NCBI GenBank assembly: GCA_026770705.1
Contig: JANJGN010000075.1
Location: 1,612,001 to 1,676,000, forward strand
Source of the DNA: Isurus oxyrinchus
Taxonomy: Eukaryota
Length of the DNA stretch: 64,000 nucleotides
Direction of reading: 5' to 3'
Shown here: positions 52,774 through 64,000 of the stretch, piece after piece
How the letters are laid out: each line of letters opens with the position of its first letter
Numbering within the stretch: the first letter of the stretch is position 1
Notes under the pieces: model-generated
Databases searched by the model: none
What the model was told of the DNA's origin: nothing
The model's input: the letters and a program-made list of their open reading frames with translations, nothing else
Program-made: the position numbers and the translations under genes

Positions 52774-54134
52774 CTGTTTTTAAAAAGGTCAATGAACATG
52801 GCAATTATAAATGGGTTGTACAAATGTAATATACCGTATTTTTTTGGTGGCACAAAGGAAATTGATCCATATTGAAGGAGACTGTTGACATCACCAAAAG
52901 AGATTCGATAAAGGGTGAGTTGGGATTTTGATTAAACTTAACAAATAAGTCACACATTTCAAAGCACATTTCAAAAAACCTCGTTCTTTTTCAAAATTGA
53001 AATGGAATATCGGGTGGTTTGTGATCTATCTAATTCTGTGCTTGTTGCTGTGTGTATCTGTGTTGTACATGCCTGTGTGCATATGCGTGAGTTTCGTGTG
53101 CATGTGTGCCTCCATTAACCAGGTGGATGGCAAATTGTCAAAGACGCAGCTCATCACCACCTTGAAAAGGGCAATTACGGATGGGAAATACTTGAGTGTA
53201 AGGGAAATGCAGGAAGAATTTATTGAAAGGCAATTACCTCAAATTTCCAGGCAGCCAGTGATATCAAGTGCATTAAAATTTAGAGGTTCCCAGGTGAACC
53301 TGGCACACCCTTAGGGCCTGCAATCACCAGAAAAGCCTTGGGAGTCAGACTGGAGACGGAGGATGAAAACAACATGGGTTAAATGTGCTCTTCAATAGTT
53401 AAGGGTAGGACAGATTGTCCTAGCCTAGATATGGTGTGAAGGCTCTGCCTGGGTGAAGGGGACTGTGTGTGCCTGGATCCATAGATACCTGTGTAATGTA
53501 AACCTATATGCTGACAAGATTGGATTCTGAACACTGTTCTTGTACGTGATCAGTGATACATAAATAAGCTACACACTTGTAATTTTGCAGAGTGCTCCCT
53601 CAAGCTGCTTTGAGGTGGTTCTCTCCTTGCAAATGTTCCAATGAACGATCGTAACTAGTATCATATTTTCCAGTGGTTCATTTGTCAGTGTAACCAGAAA
53701 AAGGTGAACGCAGATTTAACAGTAACTTTCAATGGAGCTGGAAAAAGATTTTAAATGCATAATTTGGCAGAAATTTTGGATAATCACCTGTGAGTGATTA
53801 TAACTTGCCTTCTAAATGGCAAGGAGTAAGAGGCAATTTAATTCTATCCTTGCCATTTATTGCCACATCTCGTAACAAAATGAAAAATTGATAGCTTCTT
53901 CAAAGAGTTTGCACAGGCAAAATGGGCCGAGTGGCCCCCGTCCGTGCTGTTGCATTTTCTGATTGTGATTAATGGTAACACTGGCAGAAATGGGTCAGTG
54001 TTGTGGATCAGGAGTAGACAAGAGATGAACACAATGTCCCCCTGAGAGTTAGAGGATGTTAAACAAGGATTTATTCTCTAATTCGCAGGAATGATTGAAT
54101 AGATATATTAGCACTCGCGTTCGTAATCACTCAC

Positions 54135-54345
54135 CTGCTACAATGACATTCGCAAATTTACTGGGATGGTAACTCCATTGACGGCGGCCCTTTATATACA
54201 ATGTTACCGCCCCACCCCCCCACCCCCCCCCACAACCGCCACCTCACCCACCCTCCTTGGTTTGTAACGGGCACAGTGAATGTTCCAGTGTTGTTCTTTG
54301 TGATGATTTGATAAGAGGACAAAGGTTGATTATCTTTACACATTA
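54135..54345 (-). pseudogene. Degenerate Ig exon (type C)
   Basis: CKDNQPLSSYQIITKNNTGTFTV... interrupted by a G-rich insert; ends at CAG|GTGAGT. Homologous to 50996-51185. Confidence 0.6.
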
Positions 54346-55489
54346 ACAATAATGAGACAATGACCGGATAATGTGCACCTTGTGAGTGAGGTGTTCTGAT
54401 GGATTGATATTGGGTGACATGAAGCGGACAGAATTACGGATTGATGCTCTGTGAAGTGAAGGCAAGTGAGGCCCCATGCAGATACCTGAGAGGCGGGAAT
54501 CCAGACTTTGTTTACATTTTCTCATTTGAAACACAGCACATCTGAAATTACAAATCCCCCCCTTTCGCCCACTGTGTCGGAGGACTTCGGTGCTGAAGCT
54601 AAGGGTCATTCGTGCACTCATCTACCTCCGCCAATGCAGCACACCCTCGGTTCTGGCACTGGGAGGGCGAGGGGTGTGGGTGGTTAGTGTTGGCCTGGAT
54701 TATTGTGTTCAAATCCTGGAGTATATACACCTACCTCCGACAGAGCAGCGCTACCTCAGTGATTACAGCGGGGAAGTGTCAGTTTGCAATATGGTACTCA
54801 AATCACAGTGTGTGTACATCGACCTCAGGCAGTGCAGCACTCCCTCAGCACTGTCGTTTTGTGTGAGTGAGACATCCTGGATTATTGAGCTCAATCTGGA
54901 ATGGGAGTTGATTATTCAACCTTCTTACTTAGTGTAGCGTGCTAAAGTCTAGATAAGGACATCAGTGAATATAGTCCACGACAAAGGCGCCAAGTTACAG
55001 CATCAATGTGGAGTATGAAAGCCAAACGATGAAAGGTTTGGACGGTACATCTTTCCCCGCCGCAGTTGGATTCTGCGTTGTGGTTTCTCTCTTGTGTGAC
55101 CGCTTCAATGGTGAGGGTTGGGCACTCGGACCCAGTATGATGTCAGAAGGATCATTACCCAATCCCGAGTTAGACCGTGACGTCACCCAGCAATGGGCAA
55201 CCCCTCCTCCCCCAGTATCACATTGCTTCAATGCTGACTGTCCCTTCACAGCCTCCTCCTTCTTTCCTCCCCTTCCCGTCTCAGCACTTGCAGTGGTAGT
55301 TGATGACCAGCTGTTGAATTCAGGGCCTTTCTCTCAGAGAGAAAGTCAGAACTTGAGCAATGGAGTCACGGCTTTCTTGGAAACTCCTCTTCCCAATCAC
55401 TGACCGTTTGATTTTGAAGCAGGGATCTGAATTTGTGAATATGCCAAGCCTGGTGAACAGTATTAACCATTCGATTCTCTGTCACTCAC

Positions 55490-55672
55490 GTATGGTTTTC
55501 ACGGCCACGGACTCGCTACTTCGAGAAGTTTGGTGCCGACCCCAGATGGAAATTCTACCATTAAGCGGGAATGTTCCAATATTGTCATTTGTGCCACTTT
55601 GGCTAGAGTACTGCAGTGCATCATCTTCATAAAAATAGATTATCTCCCGAACACCTCCAGTCACAATGCAGA
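55490..55672 (-). pseudogene. Disabled Ig exon (type B): 5' part replaced by SINE-derived array, second Cys deleted
   Basis: CIVTGGVREIIYFYEDDALQYS...GTFPLNGR/ISIWGRHQTSRSSESVAVKTI with GTGAGT donor. It lacks the YQC segment and the N-terminal PLRKP part. Confidence 0.8.
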
Positions 55673-57424
55673 ACTGGCACCGGCATGTTGACTGGATTAT
55701 GGAGATGAAGGCCTGTAGACTGTAAAAGATGTACATTTTCCTCCGAGACTGCAGCACTCCCTCAGTATTGACACCAGGAGGAGTGTCCGCCTCGATTATG
55801 GAGTTCAAGCCCTGGAGGATATACATCTCCCTCCGACAGTGCAGCATTTCGTCCTGCCTGAGGATTGTCGGGCTGCATTCCCGAACTCAAGTCCTAGAGT
55901 ATAAATAGCTTTGCAGAACCCCCTCAGCACTGGCGCTGGCGGAGTGTCGGTCTGTATTATGGAGCTCAAGTACTGGACTAAATAAACCTGTCTCCAAGTG
56001 TGCAGCAGTACCTCAGTACTAGTGTCAGGCATTGTCGTTCTGGAAAATGGACCTCAAATCCTAGAGTATATACATCTACCCCCGACAGTGTGGCACACCC
56101 TCAGTATTACTATCGGGGGACTGTCGGCCTGGTTTTTGCAGAACAAGTTCTAACAGATGTACATGTACCTCCAAGAGTGCGTCACTCACTCAGCATTATT
56201 ATGGGGGGTAGGGTGAGGCGGCGGGGGGCGGAAGGCGTGTGATGTCGGCCTGGAAGATGCAGATCAAGTCCTAAAGTAAATGCATGCCCCTCCGCCAGTG
56301 CAGCGCTAACTCCTTACTGGCGCCGGGGTGAATATCGGCCTGATTAATGAAGCTGAAGTATTTGGAGTGGGAGCAAACACCAGATCTTCCATTTTCAGGA
56401 GGGAGTGATACCAAATTCCGTACGGGCTGTCGAATACAGATAATCCAAAATGACAGGTGTTCGTCCCAGTTTCAGTGTGGGGAATGAGAGCGAAAATGTG
56501 GCAATAACTGTTCAATTCTGGGTGCAGAAACTCGAACATATCAACATACAAATATACGAAATAGGGACAGGATTAGGCCACTCGGCTCCTTCCAGCCTGC
56601 TGCGCCATTCAGTCAGATCATGGCTGACCTGATGTCACCTTAAACACAATTTCCTGCCGATTCCCGAGAAACTTTCAACTTTCCCATCCCCGCGTTAATA
56701 AAGGATCTATATCGATCTGCCTTCAAAAAATATTCAAATGCTCAATATTCGCCTATTGAGGTATAGAGTTCCAAGACTCACCACCCTCTGAGAGAGAAAA
56801 CCATTCTGCTCATCTCTGCATAAAATGCGCGGCCACTGCTTTTGAACCTGGACAATACATTCTAGGTTATTCCCTAAGAGGAAGCATCTTCTCCACATGC
56901 TCCCTGTCAAGTCACCTCTGGATCCCAAAGAATGGGGCGGGTTGGGGGTTTCGCTGTGACTTCATCAACGTTTGGAGTAGGATATTCTTGGACATTTTGA
57001 CCTCAGAACGGACGTAGAACTGTCATCAGTTGGACTGCGACGTTAGATCAAAGCGCATGATTGAAGCTCGCCCCAGTAACTGAAAATTCGAGCTGCTGCC
57101 TGTCCCGTCACCCACCACCCCCCCCCCCCACCCGCCCCCCCTCCCCCCCCCCCCCCCCCCCACCCCCCCACCCCCGACTCCTGCCTTCGCTCATACCCTA
57201 CTCAGACCCTGCCATCACTGACATTGCACAGCGGCTTCATTCCGCTTCGATTCATTCACAAAGGCTGTCACGGGTTGAGAAATTAAATCGAAGGTCATTC
57301 GGTTCCACTGCTTCCTCTGTACATTGCACGTTACATTTGTTGCAATGTCTACAACATGGTTGTGTAAAAAAAAATAAAGCAGTGATTTATTCTCATGTAA
57401 CAGTTTATGTTCCCGGTCACTGAC

Positions 57425-57718
57425 CTGTTACAGTCACCATCACAGGCTCGCTCACCGGGGAATCTATCCACCGACCATTGACAGAAACGCTATATGCGCA
57501 GCTGTATTGTTCTCCATCTGTTTCAGCGGTAACACGAGCTGTTCGAATGTTGTACTTTGTGGTGAACTGTGAGAGGGACAGATTCTGGTCCCCTCTGTAA
57601 ATGTAGAAAATTTTATCCCGATCATCTGCCGTCACAGTGCAGGTAATGGTGACCCTCTCTCCGAAAACATAAACCCCAGTCCATTGATCAAGTCTGATCA
57701 CTGGTTTTGATAGTTTAG
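57425..57718 (-). CDS. C2-type Ig domain exon A2 (intact, duplicate of A1)
   Basis: 294 nt, CAG/GTCAGT, phase 1-1. KLSKPVIRLDQWTGVYVFGERVTITC...YSCAYSVSVNGRWIDSPVSEPVMVTVT. Confidence 0.88.
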
Positions 57719-59607
57719 CTGTTGTGGAATAAATGAAAGAATGATGAGAAGTGGATCAAGGGAATGTCATGTACACTTGAACGTTACTAGCTCAATGTCC
57801 ATTGATCTGTGTGGAAGGGAAGTGTTTTACATCCGGGACACAGATTCCACAAACGGTGAGTTCGGTTTTTGGCTGCAAAGTAACGGAGACATCAAAATGT
57901 ATTTCAAAGCCCTTCTTAGCAACACAGCACGACCCAGACAGCTTTACAAACACTGAACTGATAGTGAAATATTCCGAATGGTGAAATGGAGCAACATTTC
58001 GCTGAGTAAGCTTGCAGAAACAGTATTGATATAAGGAAAACTTAATAACGTAATTATGGGCTAACAATTGACCTCAGGACACGTTGAAGAACTGCCCAAT
58101 GACTTTCTTAGAAATACTGTCCATGGTTTATTTAGTCTTCACCTGAAATGAGTGATGTTCATAACATCTCATCAGATGGAAACCCCTTCTGATAGTGCAG
58201 TGTTCTTTCAGGACTGCCACCGGTGTGTTGAATGGATTATGGAGATCATGTCCTGGAGTGCAAAGAGCATGAGCCCGTACCTCCGGTAGAACAGAGCTCC
58301 CTCAGCAGTCGCACCTTGGGAGTGTAGGCCTGGCTTATGGAGAGCAAGAACTAACATGTATACATGTACCTGCAAAAGTGATTCACACCCTAAGCATTAT
58401 TATTGGCGGGGGGGGGGGGGGGGCGGGGGGGCGTGGGGGGGGTTAGGAGGGGGGGGTAGTGGGCTGGGGGGCGGCAAGTGGTGGCGTTCTGGATGATGCA
58501 GATCAAGTCCTAAAGTAAATGCGTGTATCGCCGACAGTGCAGCGCTAATGCCTTACTGGCGCCGGGGTGAATATCGGCCTGATTAATGAAGCTAAAGTAT
58601 TTGGAGTGGGGGAAAACACCAGATCTTTCTTTTTCAGGATGGAGTGATACCAAATTCCGTACGGGCTGTCGAACAAAGATAATCCAAAACGATGGGTGGT
58701 CGTCCCAGTCTCAGGGTGGGGAATGAGAGCCAAATTGTAACAATTACTGTTCAATTCAGGGTGCAGAAACTCGAACATATCGACATACAAGTAAACGAAT
58801 TAGGGACAGGATTAGGCCACTCGGCCCTTCCAGTCTGCTGCGCCATTCAGTCAGATCATGACTGACTTGATGTCAGCACAAATACAATTTTCTGCCGATT
58901 CCCGAGAACGTTTAACCACCTCTTTAATAATGGATAAATATCGATCTGCCTTCAAAAAATGTTCAAATACTCAATATTCGCCTTTTGAGGTATGGAGTTC
59001 CAAGACTCACCACCCTCTGAGAGAGAAAACCATTCTGCTCATCTCTGCATAAAATGCGCGGCCACTACTTTTGAACCTGGACAATACTTTCTAGGTTATT
59101 CCCTAAGAGGAAGCATCTTCTCCACATGCTCCCTGTCAAGTCACCTCTGGATCCCAAAGAATGGGGCGGGTTGGGGGTTTCGCTATGACTTCATCAACGT
59201 TTGGAGTAGGATATTCTTGGACATTTTGACCTTAGAACGGACGTAGAACTGTCATCAGTTGGACTGCGACGTTAGATCAAAGCGCATGATTGAAGCTCGC
59301 CCCAGTAACTGAAAATTCGAGCTGCTGCCTGTCCCGTCACCCACCACCACCCCACCCGACTCCTGCCTTCGCTCATACCCTACTCAGTCCCTGCCATCAC
59401 TGACATTGCACAGCGGGTTCATTCCGCTTCGATTCATTCACAAAGGCTGTCACGGGTTGAGAAATTAAATCGAAGGTCATTCGGATCCACTGCTTCCTCT
59501 GTACATTGCACGTTACATTTGTTGCAATGTCGACAACATGGTTGTGTAAAAAAAAATACAAGCAGTGATTTATTCTCATGTAACAGTTTATGTTCCCGGT
59601 CACTGAC

Positions 59608-59901
59608 CTGTCACAGTCACCATCACAGGCTCGCTCACCGGGGAATCTATCCACCGACCATTGACAGAAACGTTATATGCGCAGCTGTATTGTTCTCCAT
59701 CTGTTTCAGCGGTAACATGAGCCGTTCCAATGTTGTTCTTCGTGGTGACGTGTAAGCCGGGCATTTCCTGGTCCCATCTGTAAAAGTGGAAGGTTTTATC
59801 ACGATAACGCCGAGTCACAGAGCAGGTAATGGCGACCGTCTCTCCGACTACATAAACCCCAGTCGGTTGATCAAGCTCTATCACTGGTTTTGATAGTTTA
59901 G
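59608..59901 (-). CDS. C2-type Ig domain exon A1 (intact)
   Basis: 294 nt, CAG acceptor, GTCAGT donor, phase 1-1. KLSKPVIELDQPTGVYVVGETVAITC...FHFYR...YSCAY...SPVSEPVMVTVT; Cys pair 47 aa apart. Confidence 0.88.
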
Positions 59902-61399
59902 CTGTTGCGGAATAAATGAAAGAACGATGAGAAGTGGATCAGATGAATGTCATGTACAGTAGAACCTTACCAACTCAATGTCTATTGATCTGTGCGGAAG
60001 GCAAGTTTTTACATCCGGGATTCAGATTCCACAAACTGAGTTTGGTTTTTGCTTACAAAGGAACGAAGACATCAACATGTATTTCAAAGCCCTTCGTAGC
60101 AACTCAGCACGCCCCAGACAGCTTTACTTACACTGAACTGACAGTGAAATATTATGACTGGTGAAATGTCGCATCATTTCGCAGAGCAAGATTCCAAAAA
60201 CATCACTGAGATAATGAAAGCTTAATAACGTCATTGTATACAGGCTAACAATTGACCTCAGGACACTATGCAGTACTGCTCAATGACCTTCTTCGGAATA
60301 CTGCCCATGGTGTATCTTGCATGCACCTGAAATGAGTTATGTTCATAACATCTCATCAGATAGAAACCCCCATCTGATAGTACATTGTTCTTTCAGGACT
60401 GGCACCGATGTGTTGGATGGATTATGGAGATCATGTCCTCGAGATTTAAGAGCATGTGCATGTACCTCCGGTAGAACAGCAGTCCCTCAGCACTGGAAAA
60501 GAGGTAGTGTCGGCCGGCATAATGGAGCTCAAGTCCTAGAGAATATAAATTAACATCCGGCAGTTCAGCACTCCCTAAAATCTGCACCGGGGGAGTGTCA
60601 TCCTGGATTATGGAGCTCAAATCGCTGGATTGGAAATTGAAATCAGTGCCTGCTGAATCCGGTGAGATTGCTACCAAACCATGTAAAAAGAGTGTCAATG
60701 GCGATAGTCCAAAACAAGGGGAAGTTCTGACAACGTCAATGTGGAGAATGAGAGGCAGTGGGTGGAGGCAATGACTGGCTGATTCAGCCTCCCCATCGCA
60801 TGGGGGGATAGGAGACATGGTGATGTCATCAATTGTGGGATGTCAACACTGGCGGTCACATTGACATCATAAAGTGTCCAACCGTGTCCTTAGATACAGT
60901 GTGACGTCAAACAACAATGGTCCACTTTACCAGGGACAGATTGTTTCAGCTACTTCCTGTACACTCACAGCCACCTCCTGCTGTCTCACCCCTCTGGTTC
61001 CCTCAGCCCCTACAGTCACAGCTGATACATTCAGGCCTCAGTCTTTCCTGGCATCTGGCAGGAGTTGCGCAATGAATTCCAAGGTCATTCCGTTATACCC
61101 CTCACTCCTCATACCAAAAGTACTATTTGCTTACAGTAAATAACTAAATCTCTGCTGCCCACTCTCTCCTCATTCTCATCAATTTCCATTGATCCATGAC
61201 TCCTGTTCCCACAGAAGTACATTTTCCCCATGAAGAAATACTTTGCTTTCTCAATCATCTCATTCTTAATGTCAACCCAACACACAAACCCCCCACCGAC
61301 CACAACACCTCCTCCTCTTCCCCCCCACCCCACCTCTTCCCCATGTTCCGCGATGCCTCTTTATCTGTGTTAACTCCCCCAATCCCTGCTGTACCCCGA

Positions 61400-61675
61400 C
61401 AGCTCTGCGCATCTCCTGAGCTTTCCACCGACCCACAATTGGCGTCATCAGCTGCCTGGGGGACCGAATCTCTGGAATACCCTCGCTGCACGTTGTCACC
61501 TTTCTCTGTCATTCTTCAGGATGCACCTTCATACACGCCTGAACCGTATAGATTTTCGCCATTGACACTAAAATCTCTGTCCATTACACAAGGTAAAATT
61601 TGGTTTCATAATAGTTCCGGTGAAGCACCTTGCAGCGTGTTACAGCATTAAAACCGCTATATAAATGCAATTGTC
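61400..61675 (+). mobile_element. L2-like LINE/SINE 3' tail
   Basis: cagctgcctggg...tctggaataccctc ... gtgaagcaccttg...gctatataaatgcaa. Confidence 0.55.
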
Positions 61676-62838
61676 ACTAAGAGACTGTCAGAGGCGGCTC
61701 TCTTTGAGTGCTCAACTACAGATTATACAGAAGTAACGGTGGCTAACGGTGTTGGACAGAGAGGAAAGTGACAGAGGTGCAGTAGAGCGTATTCTACTCT
61801 CATATTTAGTGCTGCAGTGCGATCAAAACTGCTCTGATGGGGCAGGGAGGGGATTCCACCAGCATGTGGGATGCGACCTTCCTGAACAAGGTATTAGTCA
61901 AAGCTAGTCGGAAAACACAATAACACAGACAACTACATGAGTAACACATTTCTTTTAACTGAGTTAACCGTTGTTCGAAATGGAAATCAACAGTTGCTCT
62001 GGTTGATCCATTGAAGAGTAAGAGATGCTGATACGGGCTAGTTCAGTGGACAGGGAAGATATTTGTGAGATGTGGCCTCTTCAGCTTTAGAAAATGGTAT
62101 CCGGGCTACATGGTGTGAATTATGACAACAGGCTGCATGTACAATGCTGAGTGTAGAATATAATTGGATGAAATTGAGTTGTTTCTGGTAAACGAACTGT
62201 TTCCTGGACGAGTTAGAGGTATTCTATGCCACTCGTTTCCGAATGCAAACCAATGAGAAGTAAACTTGAAATTGAAACTAATCCTGCCAATGACGATGCT
62301 GACAAGAAAGTGCTGAGGCGAGATAAAGCTTGAACCTGCTACTGCAGAATAACTGCAGACCAGGTAAATGGATAGTCTGTTAGATTAGGTTGTTAGCGGT
62401 TATGTAACAAAGTATATAAAAGGAGGGAACAGAGAGATCAGTTACGCTGGCATTGAAAGGCTGAACAGACATAAATGAAACCGTGGCCTCCTTCGTCCTT
62501 ATAAGGAACGTGAGCACTTGGAATGGGAAATGAAAACAAATGTCGAAGTCACTTTAACACTCAATAGAACATTGGTCTGTGACCACCTCCAATACTGGAT
62601 TTCTGCCTCGTCATTTCCGGCAGAGAAAGGAAATGGGATAAAGTGTAAAAAAGGGCATTTATCATAGCATCATCGCACTAACAACTGCTATTATACATGT
62701 TGCATTGCAGCTATCAATGATACAACACGAAGGGTTACAGCAACCAAATTCAATTCGATTACAGCGGACTGATTGATTTAACAGAATGGGAATGGATTAT
62801 TCACTGGCAGGATTTAAAAGAGAAATGTCAATACTTAC

Positions 62839-62871
62839 ATTGAGACACGCTTATCTGAACTGCAAAAGCCA
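62839..62871 (-). CDS. Leader mini-exon (second signal-peptide exon) of Ig-superfamily receptor
   Basis: Minus strand TCTTCTCTCTTTTCAG|TG GCT TTT GCA GTT CAG ATA AGC GTG TCT CAA T|GTAAGT. 33 nt, phase 1-1, encodes (x)AFAVQISVSQ and joins in frame to the Ig exon at 59901 (S-KLSKP). LILR/KIR/FcR genes have similarly split leaders. Exon 1 was not identified. Confidence 0.7.
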
Positions 62872-62904
62872 CTGAAAAGAGAGAAGATGAATTGATTAAA
62901 TGAA

Positions 62905-63340
62905 GACCAGCACATTCCCTTGCTCCCAAGAATCCTGGAATGATACAATACAATTCAAAGAAGGCCCTTGTATATTTGTCAACTCGTTTATGGAGCTTTT
63001 CAATTAATCCCAGTCCCTGCTTTTCCCAATACCCCTGAATTATCTTTTCCACGCAGATAGTTATCAAATTCTATTCCACATGTTCATAATTCTATTTCAG
63101 GAGTGGCATTCCAAGTCACAACAACTCGCTGTCTGTAAAGAAATGTGACCTCATCGTGTCCCCTTTGGTTCTTTTGATTATTATGTTCAATTGTGTGTCC
63201 TCTGGTTACCGACTCTTCCACCACTGGATTCATTTTCTCCTTATCCAGTCCATCAAAATCCATCGGTATTTTGAATACCGCCATCAAATCTACTCCTATA
63301 TCTCTATGCTGTCAGTAGGACAAGTTCAGTATTTCCACTC
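62905..63340 (-). mobile_element. CR1 LINE 3' fragment
   Basis: VFKIPMDFDGLDKEKM...VTRGH...QRVVVTWNATP. Confidence 0.8.
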
Positions 63341-63640
63341 TCACCCAACAACTGCAGTCTAGGACTGGGAGGCACAGGCACGATGATAGTGCCAGAGCCT
63401 TGAGGAGTGAACTTAGAAACTAAGGTGATATAAGATTGAAAAAATCTGCTGACAAAGGCGATGTCAATGGTTTACTTATTTCCGAATTAACAGTATTATT
63501 TGATATCAATCAGAGACTAGCATGTATCTTTGCTCTTACATTCGCTCATAGGGGATCACTGGCTCAGCTAGCATTTACTATCCAATTGTCTTTGAGAACT
63601 CTTTGGTATTTTGGACGCAGGCAATTGGCATTTTTCAGTA

Positions 63641-64000
63641 ATCCACACTGGTTGCATGGTAACTCCTCCACCTGGGATTGGAAAAAAAAATCGATAAACC
63701 ATAACTGTGCATTATTATTCCAGTGATAAACCACTACGTCACTGCTTCCACTGGCTGCGTGGCGATCATCTAATTTAATGGTGTCAAAGACTTTAAGTGT
63801 TAAATGACCTCCTCATTTTCCTATATCTTGTTCAGTTTCCCGATCTTTATTTTCTAAGCCGAACCTGCCAACATCTGCGGGCAGCTGTAAATTTAGTGAG
63901 TTTGAAATTTTAGTAAAGAGGGAGAAGCATAGAAGCAGATTTCAGGTGGACATGGGCAGCCTGATGAACTGTGGATGATAATTCATGAAGAGAATTGAGA
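63641..64000 (+). repeat. Segmental duplication copy (partner 1-360)
   Basis: Same orientation, offset 63,640 bp, roughly 80% identical by eye. Confidence 0.9.

Larger units (their letters stand above)
56235..60560. repeat. Direct ~2.2-kb duplication containing Ig exons A2/A1
   Basis: 56235-58405 vs 58485-60560, exon offset 2183 bp; both carry the same minus-strand CR1 fragment. Confidence 0.93.
46860..60680 (-). repeat. Intronic arrays of an ~80-bp DeuSINE-derived unit
   Basis: ctggattatggagctcaagtcc..gagtata.acatctacctccgacagtgcagcactccctcag.actggcaccggg repeated at ~46860-47200, 48940-49300, 51470-51940, 54610-54945, 55672-56400, 58190-58650 and 60370-60670. Confidence 0.8.

Noticed and set aside
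46025-59901. Ig exons as rearranging Ig/TCR V segments
   Set aside because: Cys spacing ~47 aa, no C-strand Trp, full G strand, and GT donors instead of RSS: C2-type, non-rearranging.
63470-63525. Candidate first leader exon
   Set aside because: No in-frame ATG with a GT donor in phase 1; exon 1 is probably outside the window or decayed.

Overview
Eukaryotic, repeat-rich vertebrate DNA, most likely a cartilaginous fish (shark), judged by HE1/HER1-like, DeuSINE-like, CR1 and Penelope remnants. No prokaryotic genes or CRISPR; most listed ORFs are spurious. The main feature is a minus-strand, multi-exon Ig-superfamily receptor locus (~35.3-62.9 kb) of LILR/KIR/CHIR/LITR-like architecture. It has a 33-nt leader mini-exon, ten tandem phase-1 C2-type Ig exons (5 intact, 5 disabled), an intact TM exon containing an Arg, and candidate tail exons with ITIM/ITSM-like motifs. 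Bases 1-360 recur at 63641-64000, suggesting a ~63.6-kb duplicated unit of a receptor cluster. Other features: a ~1.1-kb macro-repeat with five co-oriented CTCF-like sites, CRE+CCAAT modules in the Ig cassettes, an apparent gene-conversion tract, Penelope-type hammerhead motifs, three tRNA-Ala pseudogenes, two long inverted repeats and a decayed ORF family. All alignments were done by eye; repeat boundaries are approximate.
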